Below, in pieces: positions 62,656 to 64,000 of a stretch of 64,000 bases of DNA. Numbering within the stretch: the stretch's first letter is position 1; each line of letters begins with the position of its first letter. The stretch lies in assembly GCA_963817915.1 (NCBI GenBank), contig CAWFQL010000017.1, positions 64,001 through 128,000 on the forward strand, written 5' to 3'. The position numbers were made by a program, and so were the translations under genes. Source of the stretch: an uncultured candidate division Zixibacteria bacterium. Lineage in GTDB: Bacteria > Zixibacteria > MSB-5A5 > UBA10806. Under the pieces are notes generated by a model that did no database searches, was not told where the DNA came from, and was given only the letters and a program-made list of their open reading frames with translations.

Positions 62656-64000
62656 ATGGCAACCAGCATTGATTTTAAGAGGCTGTTGGTTGGAATTGCG
62701 GTCTTATTGGTTATCGTTGGATTTTCAGTAATGTCCTGCGATAGAAGAGGCAGTATCGACACAACCGGAAACGATCAGGGGGGGGGCACCGGCGGAATCG
62801 ATAACGTTCTAGTCAGGTTGAGCCCGACCCAGATATTTTTGCCGTCTCCAGAAGCCACCGCTACAGATACAATTGTTATTACACTCATGGACGCCGAAGG
62901 CATCGGTATCTCCGGAGCATATCCGAGAGTAACCCGGACGCCATCGAACGGTTCTATTACCCAGCCGGATTCGACTGATAGAAATGGCCAAACCAGGGCC
63001 GTATTCCAAGCGCAGCCGGGACAGTATGGCACGGTTGTTATTACAGTGACAGCGGGCACGAAAACTAAATCTACCAACCTTTATATCAGCGGCCCTTCGG
63101 AGTATACATTGAATCTAACCTATTCTCCGCCGGTCCCGAAATTAATCGATCACGAGGCAGTGCCATATGTTATTACGGCGTCATTGGTCGATACGACCCA
63201 AAGAGGTGTCGCGGGCCAGCCAGTAATATTTTCAGTTTTGAATCAGGTTGGCAGAATCGGATTTTCAGATCCAAACATTACAGTACCGTTTACCAACCCT
63301 CAGGGAATCGCGACTGTAAATTTTTTCAACACCGAATTTGATGAAGTTAATAATCCTACTCAGGCAATTATTCAGGTGGTGACTTCTTCGCCAACCGATT
63401 CCAGCAACCCTATCGTGGCATCGGTGACTTTACCATTGAGAAGAGTGCGAAATGCATTAACCTTAGAGGCAAATCCCAATACTATTTTTGGCGATGGAAC
63501 GAGCACTTCTCAGGTCAGGGCAATTCTGCTCGATACGGATGGACATGGAATAATCCATGACACTATTAGTTTCAGGAATATCGATTTTGATGGTTCAATT
63601 CAAGCCAGCCAGATTACCGATAGCAATGGTATTGCGGTGAGCACATTTACGCCGTTTTCAAATCATATTAATAGTACCAGAATAATTGCGGAATATAAAC
63701 TTGGCTCAATTCATCAGGCAATCGATACTACCGAAATTAGTATTTTGCCTGTCCGCGCGATTGGCTATATCACGGTTTCTCTGCAAAAGCCGAATGTAAC
63801 CGCCGACGGTGTTGATTCCTCACTGATTTTCATCACGGTACAGGATTCGTTGGGCGGGCTTATCGCTGACGGAACCGAACTATTGTTGTCTCATATTGGA
63901 CTCGGACGATTGACTCCAACGATTGTACATACAATCGGGGGTCAGGCCAACGCGTCGATTTCAGGTCCTACAAGCATTGATTTAGGTCCCAAGTCCGATA
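62656..64000 (+). CDS. Lipoprotein with tandem invasin/intimin-type Ig-like (Big_1) domains, 3'-truncated; not in the ORF track
   Basis: AAGGAGG RBS; MATSIDFKRLL...VMS-C lipobox; repeats with TDRNGQT, TNPQGIA, TDSNGIA, ADGVDSS; frame open to the window end. Confidence 0.8.
   Translation, partial: MATSIDFKRLLVGIAVLLVIVGFSVMSCDRRGSIDTTGNDQGGGTGGIDNVLVRLSPTQIFLPSPEATATDTIVITLMDAEGIGISGAYPRVTRTPSNGSITQPDSTDRNGQTRAVFQAQPGQYGTVVITVTAGTKTKSTNLYISGPSEYTLNLTYSPPVPKLIDHEAVPYVITASLVDTTQRGVAGQPVIFSVLNQVGRIGFSDPNITVPFTNPQGIATVNFFNTEFDEVNNPTQAIIQVVTSSPTDSSNPIVASVTLPLRRVRNALTLEANPNTIFGDGTSTSQVRAILLDTDGHGIIHDTISFRNIDFDGSIQASQITDSNGIAVSTFTPFSNHINSTRIIAEYKLGSIHQAIDTTEISILPVRAIGYITVSLQKPNVTADGVDSSLIFITVQDSLGGLIADGTELLLSHIGLGRLTPTIVHTIGGQANASISGPTSIDLGPKSD

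Overview
A 64-kb window from a diderm bacterium with LPS (lpxD, bamA, skp). Secreted proteins ending in YPNPFN-type sorting domains suggest an FCB-related lineage such as Zixibacteria; that assignment is inference only. Left third (1-20.5 kb): housekeeping genes (GlmL-like protein, glyS, recO, ftsB, eno, polyprenyl synthase, SDR) alternate with dense clusters of palindromic repeats from at least five families. Two candidate mobilising enzymes lie among them: a REP-associated tyrosine transposase (RAYT) between its own inverted REPs, and a small GIY-YIG nuclease inside a dRS3-like inverted-repeat unit next to two gene-less miniature copies. Repeat clusters also bracket two surface-protein genes like cassettes. 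Right two-thirds: a plus-strand run with yajC-def-fmt-RNase E/G, rplU-bamA-skp-lpxD, a thiol-redox block with a recurring GGAAC-N18-GTT promoter motif, a Ser/Thr kinase, metabolic genes, outer-membrane proteins, an ECF sigma/anti-sigma/HtrA-like module whose protease appears catalytically dead, and a type IV pilus locus ending in an Ig-repeat lipoprotein with a G9 tract. About eight genes carry frameshifts, probably assembly errors. I saw no tRNA, rRNA or CRISPR array. All calls are motif-based reading; no database searches were run.
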